In this document: piece by piece, positions 1 through 9,432 of the stretch
How the letters are laid out: every line of letters starts with the position of its first letter
Position numbering within the stretch: the first letter of the stretch is position 1
Source: Anaerolineales bacterium
Lineage (GTDB): Bacteria; Chloroflexota; Anaerolineae; Anaerolineales; E44-bin32
DNA: 64,000 bases
Assembly (NCBI GenBank): GCA_037379555.1
Contig: JARRJK010000027.1
Span: 1,285 to 65,284, forward strand
Direction: 5' to 3'
Made by a program: the position numbers and the translations under genes
The notes under the pieces: generated by a model
Database searches by the model: none
Seen by the model: only the letters and a program-made list of their open reading frames with translations
Told to the model about the DNA's origin: nothing

Positions 1-515
1 CGATCGTCAATATAGAGCACTTCCTGCGGCGGGGTCTGGGCGACATCGAGCGCCAGGCGGTAGATGTCCAGATCGGGCTTGCGGAGGTGGACATAGCTGG
101 ATCCAACAAAGGTGTCGATCCACAGAGCGAGTTCAAAGTGTTTCACGCGGTATTCCATCAACTCGCGTCCCTCGTTGCTCACAGCCACGAAATGCAGTCC
201 GTAGCGCGCTTTTAACTCCTGCAGGAGCTCGATCATATCCTGGAAGGTCTCCGTCTGGGAGAAGATGAAATCCTTGATGTCTTGCTTGCTGAACTCGCGC
301 GGCTTGAAGAATATCACCCGGTCGAGGTAGTCATCGAAGCTGAGCTTTCCAGATTCGTAAGTGTCGTAGGTCAGGTGATGGCGCTCGTTGAGGGCGTCAT
401 AGCTAATGTGGAAAAGATCGGCTGTGCACCGCCGCAGGTTGTGATCCCAGCCGTTGGTGAGGATGACTCCGCCGATATCGAGGAAGAGCGTGCGAATTCC
501 CTCTTTGTTGTCCAT
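1..515 (-). CDS. HAD-superfamily hydrolase (IA-like), partial; the C-terminus lies beyond the window start
   Basis: Not in the ORF track because it is open at the window edge. The reverse-strand ATG at 515..513 gives MDNKEGIRTLFLDIGGVILTNGWDH...HFVAVSNEGRELMEYR...LRKPDLDIYRLALD...EVLYIDD. HAD motifs I (LDIGGV), II (VSNEG) and the K and DD motifs appear in the usual order. Confidence 0.8.
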   Translation of the reverse strand, partial: MDNKEGIRTLFLDIGGVILTNGWDHNLRRCTADLFHISYDALNERHHLTYDTYESGKLSFDDYLDRVIFFKPREFSKQDIKDFIFSQTETFQDMIELLQELKARYGLHFVAVSNEGRELMEYRVKHFELALWIDTFVGSSYVHLRKPDLDIYRLALDVAQTPPQEVLYIDD

Positions 516-527
516 AGCCGTCCTTGT

Positions 528-1334
528 TTAACTGAGCGGTTGGTCACTGAAGCTGGCGATGCGCCATCCGTCGGGCGTGTTCATGAGTTCGGCGAAGCGC
601 AGATTCTCGCCCTGAGTCCAAGTGGTGCTGTTTCCGTCTACTGTAACCCACAGACGGAGCTCATAGATCGTGCGGTCCTGCAGTTCGGAAAGCAGCGTCA
701 GCCCGGTGAGCGAAAACTGCTTCGTCTCTGCAGCAGAGCTTGCCAGTTGATCCTGGCTGATCAACGCCTGGGTATCCGATGTGAGCAGACCCCAGGCTGC
801 ATCGGAAGCCCCATTCGCTAGATCCCATACATACTGCAGCACAACCAGGCTGCTGTCCTGGATATCGGCTGAGATCTCGTTCAAGGGCTCGGAGTAGCTG
901 ATGATGGTCTCGATCTGCCAGCTTCCGCTTGTCTTGGAGAGCACGAACGCGCGCAGGACCGGGCTGCCGTAGTTCAATCCGGCGGTGACGATAGCATGCT
1001 GTCCGTCTTCCAGCAGTCGGGACGGATCGACACCGAATGAATTGTAGCGGTCCTGGATAGCCAGCAGTTCCGGGATGGGATGCCCGCTGGAAATTTCGTC
1101 TTGCAGCGCCGGGGTGAGATACTTCGCATTGACGTCAACCGAACTGTCACTTTGCACCGAATCGAGGAATTCCCACACCACCGCTGCCGGCGCATCCCCG
1201 ACCGGTGAGGTGGCAACGGGAGCCGGAGCCGCACTTTGGCAGGTTGAGAGCAGGAAAGCCGTGGCGAACAGCAATGCGCTCATGCGGGTCCATGCCGGTT
1301 TCCCGGTGGAAGTTTTTCGGATCAAATCCATCAT
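528..1334 (-). CDS. putative secreted lipoprotein, function unknown
   Basis: 268-aa ORF. The N-terminus ...MSALLFATAFLLSTCQSAAP has a signal peptide with a lipobox-like LSTC. I recognise no family. Confidence 0.6.
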   Translation of the reverse strand: MMDLIRKTSTGKPAWTRMSALLFATAFLLSTCQSAAPAPVATSPVGDAPAAVVWEFLDSVQSDSSVDVNAKYLTPALQDEISSGHPIPELLAIQDRYNSFGVDPSRLLEDGQHAIVTAGLNYGSPVLRAFVLSKTSGSWQIETIISYSEPLNEISADIQDSSLVVLQYVWDLANGASDAAWGLLTSDTQALISQDQLASSAAETKQFSLTGLTLLSELQDRTIYELRLWVTVDGNSTTWTQGENLRFAELMNTPDGWRIASFSDQPLS

Positions 1335-1679
1335 CGAGATCTCTCCATCATCCAGTCGTGGAATATGATTTCTTTGGCTTTAGCGTCCACTGGTGAAAGC
1401 CACCCTCCAGGACAGCCACTTGCATTTTCGCGGCACAAAGCCCCGAGCTGCTCAGGCCTTGCCTGTCAGGATCAGCGCAGTGTTGAGGCTCCATCGGTCG
1501 CGAAAGAGTTACAGCGATCAAGGCTCGGCAGCGCTCCCGAACCTCCAAGCCAGTTTCGTGAGCTGACTCCCGGAGGATGCAACAAACCGCCCGCAATTCC
1601 AGAGCGGGCATCGTGCTCATTTGTAGTCATCCACCTGAGCACAACATCAACTGAATGCTAGACGATAAGAGGCTGATGC

Positions 1680-1725
1680 GTCTTTATCGAAGCTTGAAGC
1701 GTTTCTCAAGAGAACCTTAAGCCCA
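1680..1725 (-). promoter_or_regulatory. copy C of the conserved bipartite intergenic motif (CTTAAG-N5-CTTGAG-N18-TAAAGAC on the minus strand)
   Basis: Plus strand reads GCGTCTTTATCGAAGCTTGAAGCGTTTCTCAAGAGAACCTTAAGCCC. It aligns block-wise with copies at 4205 and 5370. It is co-oriented with the downstream minus-strand gene(s). Confidence 0.45.
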
Positions 1726-2023
1726 AACGGGCGGCATATTCGATCGCGACCGCGCCTGCGCCCTGCGCGTTCGTCCGGCAGCGCAGATCCATAGTGGATG
1801 GCATCTGCCTGCCGGACGAGATAACGGCAGTCGGAGCGCTGAAGGCCCAAACGGTGATTTCAAAGGCCAGACGTGGTCCTTGATTCCGCCTGATGGCAGG
1901 TCTTCCTCGGCGATCTCCAATCCGGAGTCCGAGCTCCGGACCTGCGCCTCTGGCCAGCCCCCCGGCTGCCGGAATTAGCCGCAAGCGATGCAATCAGCTC
2001 GAAGCGTCTCATCAGAAGGCAAT

Positions 2024-4093
2024 TCAAGCTACCTTTCCCCCTTGCTCATTGCCTTCACTGTTTTTGTTTGTTGAGTGCGACGTCTCATCGAATGAGGAAA
2101 CCCCTTCGCTGACCTTGATCGGCTGACCGCTTTCGTCAAGCCGCGGGCCGAGCAGCTCGCGCAGCTGATCCTGGTCCAGCGTCTCCTCCTTGAGCAACGC
2201 GTTGGCGACCTTATCGAGCAAGTCGCGTTTTTCCTCCAGCAGCGCCCGAACATACGTGTGGCGCTCATCGAGCAGCTTCTGGACGTCGCGATCAATGCGG
2301 GCGGCGGTCTCCTCGCTGTAGCGTTCGCCCTGGGCCAGTGAGTACCCAAGGAAGGGATTCTCATCGTTAGTTTCGTATGCGATCGTGGGCTGTGAACCCA
2401 TGCCCCAGCGCGTGACCATGCGCCGGGCAAGACGCGTGGCTTGCACCAGGTCGTTTTCGGCGCCGGTTGTGATCTCTTCCAGCGCCATCTCTTCCGACGT
2501 ACGCCCGGCGAGCATCACTGCCAGCCGCGCCTCAAGGTAGCTGCGGCTGATGTTGTAGCGGTCATCGAGCGGGACCTGCTCGGTCACGCCCAGTGCCTGG
2601 CCGCGCGGGATAATCGTCACCTTGTGCACCGGGTCAGCAGTTGGGGTGAACCATGCGACCAGTGCGTGACCGCCTTCGTGGTAGGCGACGACGCGCCGTT
2701 CGTGTGGATCCAGCAGCAGCGGGCGAACACCGCCCATCAACACCTTGTCGACCGCTTCCTCGAAGTCGCGCATCACGACCTGAGTGTGTTCGTTACGGGC
2801 GGCGATAAGCGCCGCTTCGTTGCACAGGTTGGCCAGATCGGCACCATTGAAACCGGTTGTTGTGCGCGCCAGCAGGTCGAGGTCTACGTCCTCCGCCAGC
2901 GGCAGTTCGCGCGTGTGGATGCGCAGGATGCCTTCCCGGCCCGGCCGGTCGGGCAGGTTGACGACGATGCGCCGGTCAAAACGCCCTGGACGGAGCAGCG
3001 CCGGGTCAAGCACGTCCGGACGGTTGGTGGCAGCCATCAGGATCAACTCGTGGTGTTCGTCAAAACCGTCCATCTCGACCAGCAGCTGATTCAGCGTCTG
3101 CTCGCGCTCGTCGTTGACCATCCCTAGGCCGGCGCCGCGCCGGCGGCCGACGGCATCGAGTTCATCGATGAAGATGATCGCCGGGGAGGTGGCCTTGGCG
3201 CGTTCGAACAGGTCGCGCACTCGGCTAGCGCCGACGCCGACGAACATCTCGACGAATTCGGAGGCGCTCAGGCTGTAGAAAGGCACGTGTGCCTCGCCGG
3301 CTACGGCGCGCGCCATGAGCGTTTTTCCGGTGCCGGGTGGGCCGACGAGCAGCACGCCGCGCGGGATGCGGGCGCCCAGGTCATGGTATTTGCCCGGGTT
3401 GCGCAGGAAGTCGACCACCTCCTGCAATTCCTGTTTGGCCTCCTCGGCGCCGGCAACGTCGTTGAAAGTCACCTGCTCCAGATTCTCCTGATACAGGCGC
3501 GGTTTGCTGCGCCCGAAATTGAAGATGCCGCCTTGCGAGCGTGCCGCCTGGCGGCCCATCCAGACCAGGACGACGACCAGCAGCAAGAAGGGCAGGGCGT
3601 CTGTCAGCAGCACGGTGAACCAGGGCGTTGCCTGCGGCTTGGCGACAACGGTGACGTTATGCGATTCGAGCAAGGCCAGCAGCCGTGGATCGCCGGTCGC
3701 TTCTGGCAGCATGGTCTCAAAATGGGTATAAGTTTGCAGGGAGGCGTTCCCTGCCGGGGCGGTGGTGGGCGCCGACGCGGTCGCCGGGGCTTCGGCGGTT
3801 GCAGTCGCCGGGGCTTCGGCGGTTGCGGTCGCCACGGCGGCTGGATCGGCGATCGGCTCCGCCAGGATGCCTGTGATCTGGCTGCCCTGGAAGACGACCT
3901 TCGTCACATTGCCGTCATTCAGCTGCGTCAGGAAATCGGTGTAGGAAAGCGAAACCTGCTGGGGAGCCTGCGGCCAGAAGATGATCACGTTCCACACGAT
4001 CAGAAGCGCCAGCAGCCACCACCAGTAGCGCGGCAGATGTGGGCGCACCTGCTTTTCCTGCTGACCGTCTTGTCCGGGATCTACCATTCTCAA
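2024..4093 (-). CDS. ftsH: ATP-dependent zinc metalloprotease FtsH
   Basis: 689 aa. Two N-terminal TM helices, Walker A GPPGTGKT, Walker [15 protein letters not shown] region, and zinc site HEGGHA. Full-length match to FtsH architecture. Confidence 0.97.
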   Translation of the reverse strand: MRMVDPGQDGQQEKQVRPHLPRYWWWLLALLIVWNVIIFWPQAPQQVSLSYTDFLTQLNDGNVTKVVFQGSQITGILAEPIADPAAVATATAEAPATATAEAPATASAPTTAPAGNASLQTYTHFETMLPEATGDPRLLALLESHNVTVVAKPQATPWFTVLLTDALPFLLLVVVLVWMGRQAARSQGGIFNFGRSKPRLYQENLEQVTFNDVAGAEEAKQELQEVVDFLRNPGKYHDLGARIPRGVLLVGPPGTGKTLMARAVAGEAHVPFYSLSASEFVEMFVGVGASRVRDLFERAKATSPAIIFIDELDAVGRRRGAGLGMVNDEREQTLNQLLVEMDGFDEHHELILMAATNRPDVLDPALLRPGRFDRRIVVNLPDRPGREGILRIHTRELPLAEDVDLDLLARTTTGFNGADLANLCNEAALIAARNEHTQVVMRDFEEAVDKVLMGGVRPLLLDPHERRVVAYHEGGHALVAWFTPTADPVHKVTIIPRGQALGVTEQVPLDDRYNISRSYLEARLAVMLAGRTSEEMALEEITTGAENDLVQATRLARRMVTRWGMGSQPTIAYETNDENPFLGYSLAQGERYSEETAARIDRDVQKLLDERHTYVRALLEEKRDLLDKVANALLKEETLDQDQLRELLGPRLDESGQPIKVSEGVSSFDETSHSTNKNSEGNEQGGKVA
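3781..3833. repeat. 24-bp tandem duplication (about 2.2 copies) inside ftsH
   Basis: TCGCCGGGGCTTCGGCGGTTGCAG (3781..3804) is followed by TCGCCGGGGCTTCGGCGGTTGCGG (3805..3828) and then TCGCC. It encodes the repeated ATAEAPAT in the extracytoplasmic loop (…[19 protein letters not shown]…). Confidence 0.85.
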
Positions 4094-4204
4094 TACCTCT
4101 CATTTCCACAGCTCGCACAAGGTCTCTTTCCCTTGCACTCGAGTTCCAATGTGCCGGCGGGGGTGACATGCGTGCAACTATCTTCCCATGCCCGCCCCGC
4201 GGGC

Positions 4205-4250
4205 GTCTTTAAGCGCGGTTGGAAGGCAGCTAAAGTTTGGATTAAGACGT
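4205..4250 (-). promoter_or_regulatory. copy A of the conserved bipartite intergenic motif, 112 nt upstream of the ftsH start
   Basis: Minus strand reads CTTAATCCAAACTTTAGCTGCCTTCCAACCGCGCTTAAAGAC. By my hand count, 37 of 46 positions are identical to 5370..5415 without gaps. Confidence 0.55.
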
Positions 4251-4597
4251 AGGGTCCGAGGAGGCCGGTCGGATCGAAGAGGACGACAGGCCCGGTTTCC
4301 TGGTTATGGCTTGCGGTGCAGGCTGGTTTCCAAGCCAACCATCGTCCTGGCGGCCGGATTCGATCCCGAGGGGCTAACGGGCGTGTTCCGGCATCAGGCC
4401 CGCAGAGGTCAAGAGCCATCAAGGCCGGCAGGGGAGAAGCGCACGCTGACCAGAAAGCTTGAAGCCGAGCCCGGGCCGCAAAATGGACAAAGGGATAACC
4501 CGGCCCTGCGCACATCGGCAGGCGCTAGGCTTTGGATTCAAGATGTATGAAAAGGACCGGCAGTCTGCCAGTCCTAGGTTTCCGAAGAGCCGGGGTT

Positions 4598-5152
4598 CTA
4601 GTAAGAGCCTCCTGTACCGGATGAATTCACAGCGGATGTGATCGCCTGTCCATCCGGTCCGACCACATACCAGGTCCCACCATAACTCTGGATGCCCTGG
4701 CCGTTAACATCCCCTGCGGCCGAATCTGCGCTGAACGTGTACAGCGCGTGACCGGCATAGGTCAATTGCTGGCTGCCGTCCGAACGCGTGATTGTCCCCA
4801 GCAAGGATGCGTCGACGCCCTGACCCGCTGCCGGCTGTCCTGTAATCGTGTATGGCGGCCAGGCCGCGGCGCAGCTGTTGTCGCAGGTCGATTGTCCTTT
4901 GGGATCCGAGGTGAGCAGGTATAGCGTCATCCCGTCTGGTGTGACCAGGGCGTCGCCGATGGAGAGCGAAGCCACTTTCACGCTGGCGTTAGCGGATGCT
5001 CCCGGAGCCTCGGTGGCTGTCGTCCCCGCACCGGATCCGGGCGCACCGGGCGTCTTCGCCGTACTGGGCGAAGCCGAGGCGCAGCCAGCCGTGACGAGCG
5101 CGAGCACAAAGATGCTTAAGCCTCGAATGATTTCCTTCTCATGCCGTCTCAT
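4598..5152 (-). CDS. lipoprotein of the COG4315 / Yx(FWY)xxD-repeat family (Lipoprotein_15-like)
   Basis: ORF 4598..5173. I prefer the ATG at 5152 (MRRHEKEIIRGLSIFVLALVTAGCAS, lipobox TAGC) because GGAGG lies 5 nt upstream. Two repeats of the type TLYLLTSD...CDNSCAAAWPP and LTYAGHALYTFSAD. Confidence 0.8.
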   Translation of the reverse strand: MRRHEKEIIRGLSIFVLALVTAGCASASPSTAKTPGAPGSGAGTTATEAPGASANASVKVASLSIGDALVTPDGMTLYLLTSDPKGQSTCDNSCAAAWPPYTITGQPAAGQGVDASLLGTITRSDGSQQLTYAGHALYTFSADSAAGDVNGQGIQSYGGTWYVVGPDGQAITSAVNSSGTGGSY

Positions 5153-5369
5153 CTCACCCTCCAGTCCTACCAATACCGTTAACTTGCCTGCGATGTTTCA
5201 ACTATGAATCTGGGTCCGGCGCCCCGGACCGGGTGTGGTGCTGGATCCTGACAGCACAGCCCGGACAACCAGCATGTGATCAGGTACATCAACGATCATG
5301 ACCCGGGCCGACCCATTGCAAGCGATCCGCAACATGCCTGTATTCATCCTGACATGCTTCACTCTGTAT

Positions 5370-5415
5370 GTCTTTAAGCGGTGCTGGAAGCGAGCTAAAG
5401 TTAGGATTAAGTGGA
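5370..5415 (-). promoter_or_regulatory. copy B of the conserved bipartite intergenic motif, upstream of the COG4315 lipoprotein gene
   Basis: Minus strand reads CTTAATCCTAACTTTAGCTCGCTTCCAGCACCGCTTAAAGAC. It starts 3 nt after the histidine kinase stop codon. Confidence 0.55.
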
Positions 5416-5417
5416 CT

Positions 5418-6857
5418 CTATGCCGGGAGCGGGGAGCTCCTGCTGGGGTGAAGCGGCAGGCAGATGGTGAAGGTTGAGCCCTTGCCCAGCTCAGATTGAA
5501 ATTCGATATAGCCCTGGTGGGCGCGCACGAGTTCCTCGGCGATGCTCAGCCCGAGACCCATGCCCTTCGGAAAGCGTTGGTCGTGGTTGGAGCGGAAGAA
5601 AGGCTCAAAGACCATCTCCTGGTCTTCGGGCGACAGCCCGATGCCGTTATCCGTCACGCTCAGGCGAACTTCGTCGTCGCCGAGCTCTGCGGAGAGGGTG
5701 ATCTGACCGCCGGGAGGCGTGAACCTGATGGCGTTGCTGAGCAGGTTGCCCCAGGCCTGCCCCAGGCGCAGCGGGTCGATTTCGTGAACCGGAAGTGGGC
5801 CGGCGGTCATTGACCAGTTAATCCCCTTCTCCTGGGCCTGCGCCTCCCAGGTCTGAGTTGAAGATAGGAACCATTGGGAGAGGTCGGTCGGCACCCGCTC
5901 CAGCTCGAGCGTGCTGCGCTCGCGGTCGGAGAGCTGTGTCAGGTCATCGATCAACCGCTCCAGAATATGCGTCTGCAAGTCCATGCCTGCGAGCAATTCC
6001 GCTTTCAGTTCGAGATTGCGGTCGGCGCCGCCGGAGAGCGCCTGGATCGCCGAGCGCAGCGCGCCCAGCGGCCGGCTGAGCTCATGCACCAGGTTGGCGA
6101 GCAGCTTCTTGCGGACCGCGGCCTGGTGTTGCAAGCGCTCGATGAGCGCGTTGAACGATTGCGCAAGCAGCTGAAATTCCTCGGGGCCGGTTGTCTCGAC
6201 AACATCCGGATCTTTTCCGCTTGACATGAGGCTCATCGCGTCCGCCAGTTTATGCAGCGGCCGTCCGATGGCCGAGGCAAGCCCGAATCCAATGAACGCG
6301 CCCAGGGCCAGGCCGCCAAAAAGGATGGCGATGACGGTCGTGCGCAGGCGAATGAAGGTGTCGAGCGCATTGCTCAGTGGCTGCGAGATGCGCATGATTC
6401 CCTGCACTCGTTCCCCATCGTGGACCGGGGCCCAGTAATCGATGACCCGCATTTCAAGCGACAGGCTGTAATCCACGTGCATGCTCGCCTCTCCGGCGAG
6501 CACTGCGTTCACTTGTGGCATGCTGGTCGTCAGCTCGCCGATCCGCGAACGGTCCGCCTCCCGGTTAGAGGCCAGCACATGTCCCTGATTGTCGAGCAGC
6601 ATTAGACGCCAGGGCGTGTCGAAGGCGTACCTGTCGATGAAGGTTTGTGCGCTGGCGCTGTCCTCCCAAGTCCCGGGCGAGTCGGAAAGCAGCCGCGAAA
6701 TCAGCCGGCCGCTTTCCTCGACTTGAGCCGTCAGGTTGGGGATGATCACCCGGTCCTCGATGGCCGAGATCAGCAGCAGGCCGATCAGCGGGATGCTGAA
6801 GACGAGCGGGAGAATATGGCTGAGGAGCAGCTGGCGGCGCAGGCTCACAGGGGTCAA
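5418..6857 (-). CDS. sensor histidine kinase (2 TM, HAMP, HisKA, HATPase_c)
   Basis: 479 aa. H-box LVHELSRPLGAL, N box LLSNAIRFT, G boxes DNGIGL and GLGLSIA. The TTG start overlaps the response-regulator stop (TTGA). Confidence 0.95.
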   Translation of the reverse strand: MTPVSLRRQLLLSHILPLVFSIPLIGLLLISAIEDRVIIPNLTAQVEESGRLISRLLSDSPGTWEDSASAQTFIDRYAFDTPWRLMLLDNQGHVLASNREADRSRIGELTTSMPQVNAVLAGEASMHVDYSLSLEMRVIDYWAPVHDGERVQGIMRISQPLSNALDTFIRLRTTVIAILFGGLALGAFIGFGLASAIGRPLHKLADAMSLMSSGKDPDVVETTGPEEFQLLAQSFNALIERLQHQAAVRKKLLANLVHELSRPLGALRSAIQALSGGADRNLELKAELLAGMDLQTHILERLIDDLTQLSDRERSTLELERVPTDLSQWFLSSTQTWEAQAQEKGINWSMTAGPLPVHEIDPLRLGQAWGNLLSNAIRFTPPGGQITLSAELGDDEVRLSVTDNGIGLSPEDQEMVFEPFFRSNHDQRFPKGMGLGLSIAEELVRAHQGYIEFQSELGKGSTFTICLPLHPSRSSPLPA

Positions 6858-7555
6858 CCCTCGCGAGTCTGTAGTTTGTATCCGACTCCACGCACGGTCA
6901 GGATGCGTTGAGGGTCGTGAGGGTCATCTTCGATCTTCTCGCGCAGCCAGCGGATGTGGACATAGACGACCTGCGGCTCGCCGACGTACTCCGCCCCCCA
7001 CACCCGCGCCAGCAGCTCATCGGTCGAGATCACATTGCCGACTTCGAGCGCCAGCGTGTGCAGCAGGTCGAACTCACGCGGCGGCAGGTCGATTTCCCTC
7101 CCGGCGACGGTCAGCGTATGGGCGGCCGGGTCGATTCGGATATCGCCGATCTCAACCGGTTCGCTTTCGCCGAGCGGATGGAGCGGGGCCTGGGTGCGGC
7201 GCAGCACAGCCTTGATGCGCGCCAGCAGCACATCCTGGTCGAAGGGCTTTGTGACGTAATCCTCGGCACCGAGTTCGAGCCCGAGCACTTCATCGAGTTC
7301 GCGGCGGCGGGCGGTGAGGAAGATCACCGGCGAACCGATCTTTTCCTGAAAGATGCGCAGCGCGTCGAGGCCGTCCATGCCCGGCAAGCCGATGTCGAGC
7401 AGCACCAGGTCAGGCGGTTCGCGGCGGGCGATCGCCAGGGCGTCCTCAGCCGTGCCGGAGGCCATCACGTCGTAACCGGCCTGCTCCAGATTGAAGGTCA
7501 GGCTGCGGCGCAGCAGGTCGTCATCGTCTACAAGCAGCAGTTTGGCAACTGTCAT
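6854..7555 (-). CDS. OmpR/PhoB-family response regulator (canonical receiver plus winged helix)
   Basis: 233 aa. LLVDDDD, phospho-acceptor context LVLLDIGLPGMDG, FLTA, TKPF. C-terminal wHTH ...ILTVRGVGYKL. Confidence 0.97.
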   Translation of the reverse strand: MTVAKLLLVDDDDLLRRSLTFNLEQAGYDVMASGTAEDALAIARREPPDLVLLDIGLPGMDGLDALRIFQEKIGSPVIFLTARRRELDEVLGLELGAEDYVTKPFDQDVLLARIKAVLRRTQAPLHPLGESEPVEIGDIRIDPAAHTLTVAGREIDLPPREFDLLHTLALEVGNVISTDELLARVWGAEYVGEPQVVYVHIRWLREKIEDDPHDPQRILTVRGVGYKLQTREG

Positions 7556-7748
7556 ACTGCTCTCCGGTCCTAACTTCTCAGTTCGTTGGGATGGTGCAGT
7601 TTCCTAAAGTCTACCCCATCTTGTGCGATTGCGGAAAAGGGAATGAAGCGACGATTTATTTCGGCTTAAGGGAGCGTCAAGCGTTCCGTAAAGCGCGCGG
7701 CATGAGTTCATGATAAGGTAATGGGAAGAGGAAAAGAGAGGAGCGGAT

Positions 7749-8156
7749 ATGATCACGAGCGAAGAAGAGGCGATGCGCATCCTGCATGATGACACGGAGG
7801 GCATCGCCCGCCGCGAGGAAGCTGCCAGCTACCTGGAGGAAAACCCAAGCGTTACCGGCATCGATGGCCTGGTGGCGGGAATGGATGACGATGACCCCGG
7901 CGTCCGCTGGGCGACGAGCAACGCCCTGGCCGAGCTGGGCGAGGCTGCGCTGCCGGCCGTGTTGCAGGCGCTGATTCAGGGTTACAACAGCCGCATGCGC
8001 GACAGCGCCTACCACTTCCTGCGCGGCAACAGCAGCCCCTGGGTGCGCATGCACGCTGAAACGGTGCGCCAGGCGCTGCGCTCGGTGGCGCCGGAGGTGA
8101 CGGCGCCGAAGGCAGCCGCTGAGCTGCTGGCTGAGTTCAAAGCCCACCGCTTGTAA
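7749..8156 (+). CDS. HEAT-repeat (PBS-lyase-type) protein
   Basis: 135 aa with DDDPGVRWATSNALAELGEAALPAVLQAL-type HEAT/PBS-lyase repeats. A hairpin CGGACATTTAATGTCCG lies downstream (8195..8211). Confidence 0.7.
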   Translation: MITSEEEAMRILHDDTEGIARREEAASYLEENPSVTGIDGLVAGMDDDDPGVRWATSNALAELGEAALPAVLQALIQGYNSRMRDSAYHFLRGNSSPWVRMHAETVRQALRSVAPEVTAPKAAAELLAEFKAHRL

Positions 8157-8395
8157 TTCCCCGGAGACCACTCCGCAGACAATACCTCTAATTCGGACAT
8201 TTAATGTCCGGTTAATCTAATCACAAACCACCTTTAAGGCGCAGAGCCACTGCCATCCTGTACGCTCGTTTTGTTCGCCAGACTGCACGCACGCTGCTAT
8301 AGCCCGGCGGTGCAATCATTCCCAAAGAACCAGCCCGGCGGACACCACGAAATCTCACCGCAATACAGTCGTACAACACAAAGGAGAGGCAGGAT

Positions 8396-8848
8396 ATGAG
8401 CGCTGCGACGGAACGCTGGGACCGCCTTATGCGGCGATTTGGATCGCCGCGTGGCCGGGCGACGAATGTCGGCCAGGCCGTGCAGGAGCATGCGGATTCA
8501 GCCGTCAAGATCTGGCTGTACAGTTCCATCGTCTGGTTGACGATCGTGGATCTATTCGGGTTAACGCTGGCGATCGAGCTGATCAGCCCGAACTTCTTTG
8601 TCGGCATCCCCTATCTGCTTTTCAGCCGCATCCGGCCGCTGCACGTCAACGGGGTAATTTTCGCTTGGCTCTCGATGATGTACTGGGGCATGATTTTTTA
8701 TGCGCTGCCCCGGCTCACCGGGTTGAAGAGCATGTGGAGGGAGAAGCTGGCGCGCTGGACGGCCTTTGGATGGAACCTGTGGTTCCTGCTGGGCATGATC
8801 AGCGTGGCCACCGGCATGACGCAGGCAAAGAGCGCTTGGGGGTGCTGA
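8396..8848 (+). pseudogene. N-terminal fragment of a heme-copper oxidase subunit I (cbb3 CcoN / NOR-like)
   Basis: 150 aa: ...FSRIRPLHVNGVIFAWLSMMYWGMIFYALPRLTG...FGWNLWFLLGMISVATGMTQAK. This parallels CcoN helices I-III (FGRLRPLHTNAVIFAFG... as I recall it), then stops. None of the three forward frames downstream continues the homology. Roughly two thirds of the protein, including the heme/Cu ligand region, is absent. Confidence 0.6.
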
Positions 8849-9050
8849 GAGGGGAGCGGAAGCCAATCTTTGTTTTGCACTCTGGCCGCACTTATAAAGA
8901 TGCAGTCTTCCTGTACCGGCTGATTCCTGGCTGTGTTGTTTCAGCAGGGGTGGTATGCCCGGGCCCGTGTGGCTCGATGTACGTAGCAAATGTGCGAAAC
9001 AAGCCCCGTTACCCATGGCACACTTCCCGCAAGCCCGGAAGAGGGGTAAG

Positions 9051-9290
9051 GTGAAGTCATGCTACATTCGACGTGGCACGCACCTGACTCGAGCGGTGGA
9101 GACGATCTTCATCATCGCTACGCTGGCGTCCCTGGCGGGGCTGTTCTTGTTCGCATGGTGGCGGAGCCGCCGGGAAGATGCCTACGGCCCGCATGGAAAA
9201 CTTGGCTCCGGCGAATGGCTGCTGCGGGTCATGGTTGCACTTGCAGCGGCTGTGATCGTCACCTTTCTGTGGATCGAGCTGCATCTGTAA
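9051..9290 (+). CDS. small two-TM membrane protein, function unknown
   Basis: In the frame of ORF 8955..9290. I prefer the GTG at 9051 because GAGGGG lies 4-5 nt upstream. Two hydrophobic helices (IFIIATLASLAGLFLFAWW and VMVALAAAVIVTFLWI). Confidence 0.4.
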   Translation: MKSCYIRRGTHLTRAVETIFIIATLASLAGLFLFAWWRSRREDAYGPHGKLGSGEWLLRVMVALAAAVIVTFLWIELHL

Positions 9291-9316
9291 TCCCACGAGC
9301 TACCAAGTAAGCTTCC

Positions 9317-9348
9317 CTTAATCTCATCTTCAAGGCTCCATAAAGACG
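9317..9348 (+). promoter_or_regulatory. copy D of the bipartite motif (short form), about 85 nt upstream of the DoxX gene
   Basis: CTTAATCTCATCTTCAAGGCTCCATAAAGACG equals CTTAAT-N5-CTTCAA-N7-TAAAGACG. It has the same geometry as the 3' three units of copies A-C and is co-oriented with the plus-strand gene at 9433. Confidence 0.5.
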
Positions 9349-9432
9349 ATTCCACCCCCGCCGAGGGACAATGATTCTGCACAAGTTACGTGCCGGGCGT
9401 GCGCGTTTGGCAGGCCCAGAGGAGGTTGAAGG

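Noticed and set aside
7556-7748. Whether the divergent promoter region of the two-component operon itself carries the CTTnAn-N18-TAAAGAC motif (autoregulation).
   Set aside because: Only isolated pieces are present (CTTAAG at about 7665 on the minus strand, CTAAAGTC at about 7606 on the plus strand). They do not have the N18 geometry in either orientation.
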